DNA of 64,000 bases from Kordia sp. SMS9 (GCF_003352465.1 NZ_CP031153.1:546465-610464); one strand, 5' to 3'. Counted from the first letter of the stretch, positions 1-11,023 are shown. Numbers and translations: made by a program. Notes: a model not told the origin generated them from the sequence alone.

Positions 1-2101
1 AATCGGTAGATACATAGATTGGATTTAGTGGATGATTTCCTTGATGTACAATATCTTCTGGATATTCTGTTGCTACAGGAAAGTTTCCTGTGATGTCTGT
101 CCACGTTAACCCGCCATCGGTTGTTTTAAAAATTCCTTTGTTTGCATAATCACCATCAGTGGTAATCCACATTTTACTAGGATCGTCTTTGTGAATGGCG
201 ATTCCCGCAATAGCGTTTCCAACTACATTGGTATTAAAGTCTAACGTTTGTCCACCATCAGAGCTTACACGGAAATTTTGATGACCAGATGACACAATGA
301 TGTTTGGATTGGAAGGCGCAATTTCCATGATGTCTGTATATCCTTGTAAATCGCCGACCAATTCCCACTCATAGGTTGATCTGTTTAACTTAAATAAATT
401 ACTCCAAGCGGCATATACGTCTCCATTACTATCTGCAGATAAAGGTGCTACCCAAACTCCTATACCTGAGTTTGAAGGTCGGTACACTCTTGTAAACCAA
501 CCATCTGCGCGATTGGAAACATATAGCGTTCCTCCATCTTGCGTAAGTCCGTAATACGTATCATCGTCTGTCGGTGTTATTAACGCGTTTACGCCATCTC
601 CAGGATGGAATGCACGCCAATCACCGTTTACATCCAAACCATGTCCGCCATTATCTTGCAAGCCACCTGTAATATTGTTTGCATTTCCTTGTGCAACTGC
701 TACATTAAAGAATTCGCCAATTTGCAATCCTTGATGGTGTGCTGTAAAATTTGTTCCGTTGTCTTCACTGCTGTAGATTCCACCATCGGACGCTACAAAC
801 ACTTTTCCTGCGACTACGCGAATGCTATGAATGTCCGCATGTGTGTAGGCTTCTGTCAATTGATCCCAACGGTTAAGTTTGTCCCATAATTGTCCGCCAT
901 TGGTAGATTTCCAAACGTCCATTACTCCAATATAAAGTTCATTGGCATTGGTATCCGACACGCCTATTGCCATGTTGTACCAAACTTGATTGTTTCCGAT
1001 TAGTGTATACGCACCTTGATCTCGCAATGAAAAACTTTGTCCGCTATTGGTAGATCTGTAAATTCCATGTTCTCGATTGTCGGTAGCATCTGAGCTGAAA
1101 AGATATACATAGTTTGGATTTGCAGGTGTTACATCAATCACCATTCGGAAAGTATTTGTTGGTATGCCATTGGTTATTTGCGTAAAGTTTGCGCCTCCAT
1201 CAGTTGAACGATAAAAAGCTGTGTTACTTACACAGTATATGGTACTCGCATTTCCTGGTTTTATACGTAAATCGCGAATGTTTATTCCTGCCAAACTTTG
1301 TGACCAAGTTACTCCTGCATCTGAAGAAGTATATACTCCATCATCTGAAGACGCAATTAGCGTATTTGAATTTGCTGGATCTATGAATAACTCAGTCATT
1401 CGATTCATAGTTCCTATCGTATTTACATTTAAGCCTGTAGTGCTCCAAGTGATTCCGCCATCTAATGATTTTAGTACTCCAAAAGTTGGAGTTTGATCTG
1501 CATCATCATCTCCTGTAGCGATGTAAATAATGTTTGAATTGTTATAATCTACGGCAATGGCCGAAACGCCTAAGCGTGGTAAGTTGTCTGTCATCGGCGT
1601 CCAATTTGCACCAGCATCTAAGGTTTTCCATAAACCTCCGTTTGGCGCACCTACGTACCAAATACTAGCATTGTTCGGATCTACTGTAACTGCGTTGAGT
1701 CGCCCTTGTCCAGAAGGTTGTGCATTTGCCTGAATGTGATTGTACGGCCCTAACGGTTGCCAATTGCTTAAATCTGTATTCCTTTGTGTTTGTGCAACTT
1801 GACTTTTTGTTTCCCAAGCATCCCATATTTCTTTTGCTTTTGGTAAATAACCATCTTTTTTTACGCGACGTTTCCATTGTTGTTCCCAGCGTTTGAAAGG
1901 TTTGTATCCGCTTCCTTTTTCGTCTTTGTCATGCGTTTGCCAATACGTATTGAATGCTTGTTGTACTTCTTGAAAAGTAGGTTTTTTTCCAGTTTGTTTT
2001 TGCTTGTTGTTCAACTCCTTCATCCAAGGAGCGTTTTGATTGTGTTGTGCTAGCATAAGTACACTAGAAAGCATACATATTAAAAGTATAATTTTTTTCA
2101 T
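1..2101 (-). CDS. BNR/Asp-box repeat beta-propeller protein (sortilin/VPS10- or GH74-like), secreted; C-terminal part runs off the window start (partial)
   Basis: Manual minus-strand translation from the ATG at 2099-2101 (MKKIILLICMLSSVLMLAQ signal peptide) stays open to position 1. Repeated S-x-D-x-G-x-T-W Asp-box motifs are present (SLDGGITWS, SSDAGVTWS, STDGGANFT, SSDGGQTL, TTDGGLTWT). It is absent from the ORF track because there is no in-window stop. Confidence 0.7.
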   Translation of the reverse strand, partial: MKKIILLICMLSSVLMLAQHNQNAPWMKELNNKQKQTGKKPTFQEVQQAFNTYWQTHDKDEKGSGYKPFKRWEQQWKRRVKKDGYLPKAKEIWDAWETKSQVAQTQRNTDLSNWQPLGPYNHIQANAQPSGQGRLNAVTVDPNNASIWYVGAPNGGLWKTLDAGANWTPMTDNLPRLGVSAIAVDYNNSNIIYIATGDDDADQTPTFGVLKSLDGGITWSTTGLNVNTIGTMNRMTELFIDPANSNTLIASSDDGVYTSSDAGVTWSQSLAGINIRDLRIKPGNASTIYCVSNTAFYRSTDGGANFTQITNGIPTNTFRMVIDVTPANPNYVYLFSSDATDNREHGIYRSTNSGQSFSLRDQGAYTLIGNNQVWYNMAIGVSDTNANELYIGVMDVWKSTNGGQLWDKLNRWDQLTEAYTHADIHSIRVVAGKVFVASDGGIYSSEDNGTNFTAHHQGLQIGEFFNVAVAQGNANNITGGLQDNGGHGLDVNGDWRAFHPGDGVNALITPTDDDTYYGLTQDGGTLYVSNRADGWFTRVYRPSNSGIGVWVAPLSADSNGDVYAAWSNLFKLNRSTYEWELVGDLQGYTDIMEIAPSNPNIIVSSGHQNFRVSSDGGQTLDFNTNVVGNAIAGIAIHKDDPSKMWITTDGDYANKGIFKTTDGGLTWTDITGNFPVATEYPEDIVHQGNHPLNPIYVSTD

Positions 2102-2199
2102 TTGGGGTTGGTTATTGTGTAATATTGATGTCTTATACCTAGAAAACTCCCTAGTTGAAAAGTATCAAATACAGGGAGTTGTCATTATTTTTTAATTTT

Positions 2200-5100
2200 T
2201 TATAGTTTATTCACTAAATATCCGTTGAAACCTGATTCAGTTTGTACTATAAAGTTTGCATCTCCAGTACTCTCAACAAATACAGATACGTAATCTCCAG
2301 CACTTAGTTTTAAAATTCCGCTTACATGTTGCGTGTCCCAATTGGCAGTTCCTGCATCCGCATTTCTAATAGAGTGTAAACCGTTTCTAAATCCTTGCTT
2401 GTTACCATTTTTCACAATCATTAAACGTGAATACACCGAACCAGAAGCGCCATTAATTGCATCAATTCGTACTTGTGCTGAGAAGAAATACAATCCATCT
2501 ACCGGAGCTGTAAAACGTCCGTTTGTGAGGTTTAAATGACTTCCATCATTAAAAAGGTCTGTATTTACTGAACTATTCCAATCGCCAACTTCTTTTTCTC
2601 CTGCTGTAGTGTATACGGTTCCGTTAGCGGCTACATTGAACGCTGGCAAACTTGGTATTTTTACACTAGTAGCTTCTACAGTATTTGTCCAACTAGGGTT
2701 TGTTCCGTCAGTAGTTAAAAATTTCCCTGATTCGCCAGCTTGTGTTGGTAATTCAATTTCATTGGTTGGATCATTATCTGCATCGTCTACTGCATCCGTT
2801 ACCCAAGCATAATTTCCTGAACCATCTGTTTTTAATAGTTGTCCGTCAGTTCCTCCACTAGGAAGCATCGTTCCAGCGGCAACTGCTGCCCAAGCAACAT
2901 TTCCAGCTCCATCTGTAGTTAGTACTTGATTTGCTGTTCCATCTTGTGCTGGTAATGTATACGAAGCTCCAGCACCTTGATTGTCTCCATCAATTGTTAA
3001 TTGACCGTTTAAAGTTGTATTTCCGTTTTTAAGCATTACTAAAGCATCACTCCTTGGCGCAGTACCATTATCTGCATCACCATTACCTATAACAAAAAGT
3101 CTATCTGTACTTACCCAATTATTCAAATCCCCTTCGACTAATGTATTATATGTTCCTATAGTAATTTGTTCTTTTGATTGTGCAAGTACTCTATAACCTA
3201 TGGACGTAGAACGCAAGCCATAAGTAGAAGCTGCATGACCTATAGATACCGATTCATCTCCTATAGCAGAAGAAAATGTACCTAAAGCTATAGAAGCACT
3301 ACCTTCAGCAAATGGTCTTCTTCCTAATGCTATAGAAAATTCTCCAACACTAGCATCGTCCCATTCGTTTATTTCTGCAATTCCAGCTCTAAATGCTCCT
3401 TTACTTTTATCAAAAAATAGTCTCCTATCATCATCAGTTGTATTTGTATCGTTATCCAATTGTGTACTTCCAAAAACAAAATCATCTGTAGCAATTGTTC
3501 CATTAGCATTGCTAGTTACACTAGCAGTTGTAGAAAACGCAGACATTGCTGCCATTGGCGCATCTACCCAAGAAGTACTTCCTGATCCATCTGTACTTAG
3601 TATTTGATTTGCAGTACCATCTTGTCCTGGTAATGTGTATCCAGTTCCAGCACCTTGATTATCCGCATCTATTGTTAATTGACCATTTAGCGTTGTATTT
3701 CCGTTTTTTAGCATGACTAAAGCATCACTAAATCCTACAGCCCTAAAAGCTTCATCTGGATTTGTACCGTTACCGATAACAAATAAACGATCTGTTTCAA
3801 CAAATTGAGTTGCATTTCCTGTTACTCGCGTATTATAGGTTCCAATAGATGTTTGTCCAAATGATTCTGCTGTTAAACTTGTACCAGCGGTTATCGCAGC
3901 CACTCCACTCGCAACATTACTTTCTCCTATTGCCACAGCACTCGTATTACTTGCAATAGAGTTATTTCCGAGCACTATAGAATTTCCACCTACATTCATA
4001 TCATTCCATTGTGAACCACTTGCGCCACCTGCTCTAAAAGCTTGTTTGCTTTTATCAAAAAACATACGACTGTCATCATTGGTAGCAGTTGTAATATCTT
4101 CTAATTGTGAACTTCCAAATACAAAGTCGTCTGTAGCGGTATCTCCATTAGCATTGCTAGTTATGTTCGTAGTTGTTATGAATGCTCCTGAACCTGTAGC
4201 AGCATCTGCCCAAGCAACATTTCCAGCTCCATCAGTTGTCATTACTTGATCTACGTTACCATCTTGTGCAGGCAAGGTATACCCACGTTCTATTTCTTGA
4301 TTGTCTCCATCAATGGTTAATGTACCGTTTATAGTTGTGTTTCCGTTTTTTAATACAACTAGAGCATCACTTTTATTTGCCGTATCTGCTCCATTTCCTA
4401 ATACGAATAATCTATCTGTTGCTACAAAAGTTGCCGCATTACCAGTTACTCCTGTATTGTTTGTTCCTAAAGTAATTTGAGCTAAAGATTCTGAGGTTAA
4501 TTGTATCCCTAAGCTCATAGCATACGCACCTGAGGTCGTATTATTAGATCCTATTGAAGCTGAACCAGCGCCTGAAGCTGTATTGAAATCTCCTGTTGAG
4601 AAAGATGCATATCCACTTGAATTGTTAAAAAACCCCATCGTAGCTGCATAATTTCCTCCTGCTTGATTGTTTACTCCAAAACCAACAGATCCTCCTCCCA
4701 TTTGATCTTGATTGAAATATGGTGTATTGAAAGCACTACCTGCTCTAAAGGCACCTGCATTACTTTTATCGAATACAATTCTATTATTATCTGGAATTCC
4801 AGGGATATCGTCTATTTGTGTACTTCCAAATACAAAATCATCTACTGTCGTATCACCGTTTGCATTACTTGTTACATTTCCAGTTGTAGAAAAACCTGCT
4901 GTTGCTGTTTGATTAACCCAAGAATAGACTCCTGAACCATCAGTTACTAATACTTGCCCATTAGTTCCTCCTGTTGGTAATTCATTGGGAACATCTTGCC
5001 AAGCTACGGCAGTTCCGTCTGTTGTTAGGAATTTATCTGCTTCTCCAGTTTGTGTTGGCAATTCTATTTCGTTTGTTGGATCGTTATCTGCATCGTCATT

Positions 5101-6294
5101 AGTTACCCATGATAAAACTCCTAAACCATCTGTAGACAATACATATCCGCTTGTTCCTCCATTTGGAATGGCTGAAGCTGCTGGTGTTACCCACGCAACA
5201 TTTCCTGAACCATCTGTTTGCATGATTTGATTGGCTGAACCATCTTGAGCAGGAAGTGTAAAAGAAGTTCCAGCTCCTGCGTTATCACCATCTATTGTTA
5301 GTGTACCATTTAAGGTTGTATTTCCATTTTTTAGCATGACTAAAGCATCACTGTTTAGTGCTAAGTTGATATCTTCTTGTCCATTACCAATGACAAATAA
5401 ACGATCAGTTGGCACCCAAGTATCTGTTGAACCAGAAACAAAGTTACTGTACTGACCCAATTGAATTTCTGCCATTGAGTTGGCGTTTAATTGTCGCCCA
5501 ATTGCTGTCGAATTTATACCATGAGCACGTGCATTTAATCCAAAACCTCTTGCATAATCTGCAAAACCTCCCGCATTTAATCCGAAAGCAAAAGCCTCAT
5601 TCCCAGTTGCATTGGCATTACGCCCCATAGAGAATGAGTTGCGTCCACTAGCTACTCCACCTTCACCAAAACCTACAGAATAATCTCCTACTTTGGCTTC
5701 ATCCCATTGATCTGTTTGTGTGTATCCTGCTCTAAAAGCCGCTTTGCTTTTGTCGTAGAACATTCTATTTCCAAAGGCTGCATTAAAAGATCCGTTATTA
5801 TCTAATTGATCAGATCCAAATACAAAATCGTCTGTTACGTTATTTCCGTTTCCGTTGCTTACAACACCACCATTTACAGCAAATATTCCTGCATTTCCAG
5901 CTTCGCCACTGTTTAATGCATACATAGCATACGGTACAAATTGCAGTTTTGAGGTGCCTAGTTGGACATAGCTTGTTCCGCCTGTGATGTCTACTTGAAT
6001 ATCGATCCACTGATTTTGAGAACTCCAATTGATTGCTAAGAAGTTAGCTCCAGAAGTTCCACCACCAACTGGCAGCGTAATGACACCTTGTGCATTGGAA
6101 GTTACTGTATGTGTTTCATTGTACACGACACTTCCTGTGGGACTTCCTTCAATAATTCTTACCAGTACACCAATTGACTGATTGGCAACAGGAGTGTTGG
6201 ACGCATCACGAACAACCGCTTGATAATTGAAGTTTTGCGCATAACTTATCACACAAAATAATAAGGCAATTATTAATAAGGTGTTTTTTTTCAT
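2200..6294 (-). CDS. 1364-aa repetitive cell-surface protein with tail-fibre-like Gly/Asn/Thr-rich repeats and a C-terminal C1q/TNF-like globular domain
   Basis: ORF track. N-terminal signal peptide MKKNTLLIIALLFCVISYAQ. Four ~220-330-aa internal repeats (...TDRLFV[IL]GNG...SDALVMLKNGNTTLNGxLTIDGDNxGAG..YTLPAQDGxANQ..TDGSGNVAW), also visible at the nucleotide level (gttgtatttccgtttttta[ag]cat[gt]actaaagcatcac at ~3030, 3700, 4340, 5320). The C-terminus FTAPVDGLYFFSAQV...GDYVSVFVES...ESGFNGYLV matches the C1q hallmark (GLYYFTYH ... FSGFLLF). Confidence 0.75.
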   Translation of the reverse strand: MKKNTLLIIALLFCVISYAQNFNYQAVVRDASNTPVANQSIGVLVRIIEGSPTGSVVYNETHTVTSNAQGVITLPVGGGTSGANFLAINWSSQNQWIDIQVDITGGTSYVQLGTSKLQFVPYAMYALNSGEAGNAGIFAVNGGVVSNGNGNNVTDDFVFGSDQLDNNGSFNAAFGNRMFYDKSKAAFRAGYTQTDQWDEAKVGDYSVGFGEGGVASGRNSFSMGRNANATGNEAFAFGLNAGGFADYARGFGLNARAHGINSTAIGRQLNANSMAEIQLGQYSNFVSGSTDTWVPTDRLFVIGNGQEDINLALNSDALVMLKNGNTTLNGTLTIDGDNAGAGTSFTLPAQDGSANQIMQTDGSGNVAWVTPAASAIPNGGTSGYVLSTDGLGVLSWVTNDDADNDPTNEIELPTQTGEADKFLTTDGTAVAWQDVPNELPTGGTNGQVLVTDGSGVYSWVNQTATAGFSTTGNVTSNANGDTTVDDFVFGSTQIDDIPGIPDNNRIVFDKSNAGAFRAGSAFNTPYFNQDQMGGGSVGFGVNNQAGGNYAATMGFFNNSSGYASFSTGDFNTASGAGSASIGSNNTTSGAYAMSLGIQLTSESLAQITLGTNNTGVTGNAATFVATDRLFVLGNGADTANKSDALVVLKNGNTTINGTLTIDGDNQEIERGYTLPAQDGNVDQVMTTDGAGNVAWADAATGSGAFITTTNITSNANGDTATDDFVFGSSQLEDITTATNDDSRMFFDKSKQAFRAGGASGSQWNDMNVGGNSIVLGNNSIASNTSAVAIGESNVASGVAAITAGTSLTAESFGQTSIGTYNTRVTGNATQFVETDRLFVIGNGTNPDEAFRAVGFSDALVMLKNGNTTLNGQLTIDADNQGAGTGYTLPGQDGTANQILSTDGSGSTSWVDAPMAAMSAFSTTASVTSNANGTIATDDFVFGSTQLDNDTNTTDDDRRLFFDKSKGAFRAGIAEINEWDDASVGEFSIALGRRPFAEGSASIALGTFSSAIGDESVSIGHAASTYGLRSTSIGYRVLAQSKEQITIGTYNTLVEGDLNNWVSTDRLFVIGNGDADNGTAPRSDALVMLKNGNTTLNGQLTIDGDNQGAGASYTLPAQDGTANQVLTTDGAGNVAWAAVAAGTMLPSGGTDGQLLKTDGSGNYAWVTDAVDDADNDPTNEIELPTQAGESGKFLTTDGTNPSWTNTVEATSVKIPSLPAFNVAANGTVYTTAGEKEVGDWNSSVNTDLFNDGSHLNLTNGRFTAPVDGLYFFSAQVRIDAINGASGSVYSRLMIVKNGNKQGFRNGLHSIRNADAGTANWDTQHVSGILKLSAGDYVSVFVESTGDANFIVQTESGFNGYLVNKL

Positions 6295-6783
6295 TTTAGT
6301 AGGTTTAAGATTTTATAGTTTTCTACTCTTATATTGTTATGACAGCAAAAAAGTGACACACCCTATTTTTTTATCATTTATAATTTTTTTGTTTATGACT
6401 ACTATATATTTCCTGTAGATACCAGTAGCATCATGATGATGATAACAATGAAAATGACAACTGCTCTGTGAAGTGAAATTTCTTTTTTCATACGATTTTA
6501 ATGAATTATTTTTTGGTTAAAAATGACGAAGATCAAATCCATACAGATTTGATCTTGTCGCTCGTTAAACTAAAATTGCCCTTTTTGATAATGACATTCG
6601 TTTCTCTAAATTCAGTAAAAATATGTTGCCCTAATCTGATAAATTCTACTGATATGTTTTTAGATTGTAATCAAAATTTCTGAGCTGCTTTTATCTCTAA
6701 GACCGTAAAAAACGAAGACACCCTATTTTATTTTCTGCTTTTTTAAGAGTTTTCAGTATTTTTGACTCTCATAGTTGAAGTAA

Positions 6784-7305
6784 ATGTCAGAGAAAGAACC
6801 TTCTATTTGCGAAGAAAAAAATTATAACACGCTGTTTCGTAAGTTCTACGAACCCGCTACAAAGTACATTTATTACAAATGTGGAAACTTGCAACGCGCT
6901 GAAGATATTGTGCAAAATGTGTTTGTCAAACTTTGGAAACTTTGCGCTACAATTACCTTTTCAAAAGCTAAATCCTATATTTATACGGCAAGCAATCATT
7001 CTTTTTTAAATGAAGTCGCACATGAAAAAGTAGTGCTAAAACACCAAAAAACAGTGATAGAAAATACCGATCATGAAAGTCCTGATTTTTTAATTGAAGT
7101 AGAAGAATTCAGAATCAAACTAAAAGAAGCTATCAACACCTTAAATCCTAAAGAAAGAGAAGTTTTTTTAATGAGTCGCATCGAACAAAAAACCTATAAA
7201 GAAATCGCCGAAATTACTGGGCTCACGGTAAAAGCTATTGAACGCAGAATGAGCAAAGCTTTAAAGGAATTACGCGCCATTTTGGGAAAAGAAATAAAAA
7301 TTTAA
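6784..7305 (+). CDS. RNA polymerase ECF-type sigma-70 factor
   Basis: Sigma-70 region 2 (DIVQNVFVKLWK) and region 4 HTH (KTYKEIAEITGLTVKAIERRMSKALKEL); ~170 aa; followed by a FecR gene. Confidence 0.9.
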   Translation: MSEKEPSICEEKNYNTLFRKFYEPATKYIYYKCGNLQRAEDIVQNVFVKLWKLCATITFSKAKSYIYTASNHSFLNEVAHEKVVLKHQKTVIENTDHESPDFLIEVEEFRIKLKEAINTLNPKEREVFLMSRIEQKTYKEIAEITGLTVKAIERRMSKALKELRAILGKEIKI

Positions 7306-7355
7306 TAGGGTACACACCTTTTTAAATGTCTAGTTAATAAGAAACTAAGCAAAAG

Positions 7356-8258
7356 ATGAAAAACTACGAAACAGACGAATCATTTTTAGGGCGATGGATT
7401 GCTGGTGAACTTTCTGAGGAAGAACGCATTGCTTTTGAAAAGACTGACGCCTTTAGACAATTTGACGTGATCAATAAAGAAGCGCAATTGTTAGATGGTC
7501 CTGAGATTGACGTAGAACGCGCTTTGCAAATCGTAAAAGATAAACTTGCCTCGAAACCAAAAAAAGGAAAATTAATCAAATTGTGGCAAAATATTTCTAT
7601 TGCAGCGATCCTTATTTTGTCAACAGGAATTTTTCTTACCTCAACTAAAACATATACAACTGGCATTGGCGAATCGCAAACAATTACGTTGGCAGATGGC
7701 TCCATCATAAATTTGAATGCAAATTCTAGTGTTTCTCACAAACGCTTCTTTTGGTCATCTCATAAAACAGTAGCATTGAAAGGTGAAGCTTATTTTACAA
7801 TTACAAAAGGAGATAATTTTAGAGTAGCAACATCCAAAGGAACGGTTGCTGTTTTGGGAACTAAATTCAACATTAAAGATCGTACCGATTTTGAATTGAA
7901 ATGTTATGAAGGGAAAATACAATTCACCCAAAATAATGCCGCTAAAAACAATTATATACTCACAAAAGGAACTCAAATTACCATCACTGATGATGTGTTA
8001 ATAGAAGAAACTTTTACAGAAGAAACTCCTGCTTGGAAAAAGGGTGTTTCTACGTTTACAGCAAAACCTTTATCAGAAGTTTTAGCGGAATTGTCTCTGT
8101 ATTTTAATTTAACTTTTGATGCCACGAAAATAGATGCAACACGTCTATTTTCTGGAAGTTTTTATCATTCTAACTTAAAAAATGCATTGAAAGCAACGTT
8201 AACACCTATGGGCATTCGTTATAAAAAAGTGAACTCTAAAATCACACTTTTTAAGTAG
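7356..8258 (+). CDS. FecR-family anti-sigma factor / transmembrane sensor
   Basis: N-terminal cytoplasmic domain, a single TM (IAAILILSTGIFL), and a periplasmic FecR domain; it sits between the ECF sigma and the TonB receptor. Confidence 0.85.
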   Translation: MKNYETDESFLGRWIAGELSEEERIAFEKTDAFRQFDVINKEAQLLDGPEIDVERALQIVKDKLASKPKKGKLIKLWQNISIAAILILSTGIFLTSTKTYTTGIGESQTITLADGSIINLNANSSVSHKRFFWSSHKTVALKGEAYFTITKGDNFRVATSKGTVAVLGTKFNIKDRTDFELKCYEGKIQFTQNNAAKNNYILTKGTQITITDDVLIEETFTEETPAWKKGVSTFTAKPLSEVLAELSLYFNLTFDATKIDATRLFSGSFYHSNLKNALKATLTPMGIRYKKVNSKITLFK

Positions 8259-8281
8259 CATAACATGTAGATATTATTATA

Positions 8282-10948
8282 TTGACACGCCTTAATCTTA
8301 ATTTTATGAAACAGCTTTGTGCACTTTTTTTGTTGTTGATGTTTGCCGTTTCAAACGCACAAAATATAAAGTACAACTACCTAAACACACCGCTTTTAGA
8401 AGTTATTAAAGAAATTGAAAAAACATACGATCTTTCGTTTTCGTATGCAAGTGATTTAATTCAAAATAAAACGATTACGCTCAATGTTTCACAGATAGAA
8501 TTATCAGAATTATTGATCATTTTAGAAGCGCAAACAGGCTTGACGTTTGATCAACTTTCCGACAAGCAAATCATCGTTGCACCAAAGCAAGGAGACAATA
8601 AAATTTGCGGTTATGTGTTGGATGCGATAACGCGAATACCGATTCCGTATGCAACGATTGGCACTGACGAAAACACAGGAGTTATTACCGATTTGAATGG
8701 TTTTTTCACCATTAATAAAACAAACAGCAATCGCTTTACGGCAACTAGTTTAGGCTATGAAGCCAAAGAATTTACAGGCAGCAAAACGTGTATGCAAATT
8801 TATTTGTCGCAAGGAACAGAATCATTGGAAGCCGTGATTATTTCTGGATACATTACCAATGGAATTGACCGAAATAAAGATGGCTCTATCGTTATAGACA
8901 CCAAACGTTTAGGCATTTTACCAGGTTTGTTGAATGCGGATATTGCACAAAGTATGCAATTGATTCCAGGGATTTCTACCTTGGACGAATCGGCAACAGG
9001 CATTCAAATTCGCGGTGGATCGCCCGATCAAAATTTAATTTTATACGACAATATCAAACTCTACAATACAGGACATTTTTACGGAATGTTTTCATTGTTC
9101 AATCCGTTTGCAACAGAAAAAGCGGCCATTTTCAGATCAGGTACAAGCGCGAGTTATGGCGATCGTATTTCTGGAATTATTGATATTTCTAGCGGTGAGG
9201 AAATTCCCAAAAAAACCAACGGAGGTTTTGAATTGGACGGTTTGGCAGTAAATGGTTTTGTAAAAATGCCGCTATCAGACAAAACAGCACTGTATGTATT
9301 TGCACGTCGTTCCTATCCTGATGTTTGGAAAACGCCAACCTACACAAGTTATGCCGATAAAATTTTTACAAATTTTGGCGTAGCACGCGATATTAATGGC
9401 AATGTGTTGGAATTGGAAACCGACGACGATTTTAATCGCGAAAGCAGTAACAACGATTTTTCTTTTGCAGATGTAAATGCAAAAGTGGTTATAAAACCAA
9501 ATGAAAAAAACACACTTTCCGTTAGCGGATTGTTCTCGCGAAATCGACTTGATTTTAATTTTATGGGCGGCGATGAATTACTGATCGATTCCCTCATTAC
9601 CAAAAATAAAGGCTTGAGTTTTGAGTGGAAACATCGCACAAGCGAGAAACAACAAGAAAAATTGACGGTGTATTTTTCAGAATACAATTCGTTCTATCAA
9701 AATAATGAAATTAAGGATGAAACTGGTGACGATATTCCTGAATTGGCCGAAATTAACATTCGTCAGAATGATATTGTAGATATTGGTGCCAACTTTTCTT
9801 TGACAAGAAACTTGACTAATACACAGAGAATTACCGCAGGTTATCAAGTTTCGTATACAAATTTGGACGTGATTATTCGAAAAATAAATCCTCTAGAAAA
9901 TAGCATAGAAGATTCAGGACAAAGTGATACCAATTTTAAAAATGCGTTGTTTGGTGAATATACGTTAAGCTTTAAAAATGATGCGTTCTTAAACGCAGGT
10001 GTACGATTGGTACATTACAATTCGGTAGATCGTTTTTTGGTAGAGCCACGTATCAATTTTGAATATCCGTTGAACGATCGTTTTCGTGTAAAAACAGCAA
10101 TTGAGCGACGAAATCAACCCATTTCACAACTGATAGAATTCAATCATACGGAATTGCGATTGGAAAACAATTTATGGCGTTTGTCGGATGACAATCAATA
10201 TCCGTTACTATCAAGCAATCAAATTTCTGGAGGAATTTTGTACAATCACAAAAATCTAAATATTGACATTGATGCATATTATAAAGAACTGGAAGGTTTA
10301 ACTACGTTTACCAACGGTTTTAGTAATCCACTAGAAAATTTAGAAGAAGGTGAAAGTACCATCAAAGGATTGGACGTTTTATTAAAATACAAATGGCATA
10401 ATTATAAAATTTGGGCAGGATATACATTTAATGACATTACGTTTTCGTTCCCTAATTTACAAGGAAATGAAGAGTTTCCAGGAAATAATGACATCACACA
10501 TGCGTTCCGAATTTCCAACACACTTAAAGTTGACAATTGGCAATTTTCATTAGGTTGGCAAATTCGATCTGGAAAACCTGTAACTCCCGTAAATAGGTAT
10601 GTTATTGAGATTGATGCAGATGGCGAAAATGCAGGTGTTGTCGATTTCGGACCGATTAATAGCGATCGTTTGCCTGCTTTTCATCGGTTGGATGCGTCTA
10701 TTTTGTATGATTTCAACATTAAAAAACTGCGCGCGCAATTAGGAGTTTCTGTACTCAACTTATACAACAGAGTAAAACCAATAAACGTAATTTACAAGGC
10801 AGAACGCAAACCGCTAGATGATGGCGGAATTGCTATTCCAGGCACTACAGGTTCCACTCCAGAAGAATTGGAAGTCATTTTAGAACAAGTGATTCAACGC
10901 TTTTCGCTTGGTTTAACGCCGAATGTTTCTTTTAAAATATTCTTTTAG
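8282..10948 (+). CDS. TonB-dependent outer-membrane receptor/transducer (STN + carboxypeptidase-regulatory-like + plug + barrel)
   Basis: 888 aa. Signal peptide (probable start at the second Met, MKQLCALFLLLMFAVSNAQ). STN-like N-terminal domain, a CGYVLDAITRIPIPYATIG CarbopepD_reg-like segment, and a C-terminus ending ...VSFKIFF (aromatic terminus typical of OM barrels). Confidence 0.9.
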   Translation: MTRLNLNFMKQLCALFLLLMFAVSNAQNIKYNYLNTPLLEVIKEIEKTYDLSFSYASDLIQNKTITLNVSQIELSELLIILEAQTGLTFDQLSDKQIIVAPKQGDNKICGYVLDAITRIPIPYATIGTDENTGVITDLNGFFTINKTNSNRFTATSLGYEAKEFTGSKTCMQIYLSQGTESLEAVIISGYITNGIDRNKDGSIVIDTKRLGILPGLLNADIAQSMQLIPGISTLDESATGIQIRGGSPDQNLILYDNIKLYNTGHFYGMFSLFNPFATEKAAIFRSGTSASYGDRISGIIDISSGEEIPKKTNGGFELDGLAVNGFVKMPLSDKTALYVFARRSYPDVWKTPTYTSYADKIFTNFGVARDINGNVLELETDDDFNRESSNNDFSFADVNAKVVIKPNEKNTLSVSGLFSRNRLDFNFMGGDELLIDSLITKNKGLSFEWKHRTSEKQQEKLTVYFSEYNSFYQNNEIKDETGDDIPELAEINIRQNDIVDIGANFSLTRNLTNTQRITAGYQVSYTNLDVIIRKINPLENSIEDSGQSDTNFKNALFGEYTLSFKNDAFLNAGVRLVHYNSVDRFLVEPRINFEYPLNDRFRVKTAIERRNQPISQLIEFNHTELRLENNLWRLSDDNQYPLLSSNQISGGILYNHKNLNIDIDAYYKELEGLTTFTNGFSNPLENLEEGESTIKGLDVLLKYKWHNYKIWAGYTFNDITFSFPNLQGNEEFPGNNDITHAFRISNTLKVDNWQFSLGWQIRSGKPVTPVNRYVIEIDADGENAGVVDFGPINSDRLPAFHRLDASILYDFNIKKLRAQLGVSVLNLYNRVKPINVIYKAERKPLDDGGIAIPGTTGSTPEELEVILEQVIQRFSLGLTPNVSFKIFF

Positions 10949-11023
10949 CGGCAAATCATTTAAAACATAAAAATGTACACATACAATTTTGTAACTTTAT
11001 GAGATAACCAAAAAACTTATCTC

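Noticed and set aside
2102-2199. Hairpin AACTCCCT...AGGGAGTT + T-run between the two minus-strand genes as a terminator
   Set aside because: The T-run follows the hairpin on the plus strand, but both flanking genes are on the minus strand. The orientation does not fit a terminator for either gene, so it is left uncalled.
2333-6028. Many 60-130-aa plus-strand ORFs (2333, 2609, 4046, 4663, 4712, 4985, 5409, and others) plus a minus-strand one at 5840 inside the 2200-6294 gene
   Set aside because: They lie in other frames of a clearly coding, repeat-rich 4.1-kb gene. Low-complexity Gly/Asn/Thr codons generate long accidental ORFs, and there is no independent signal.
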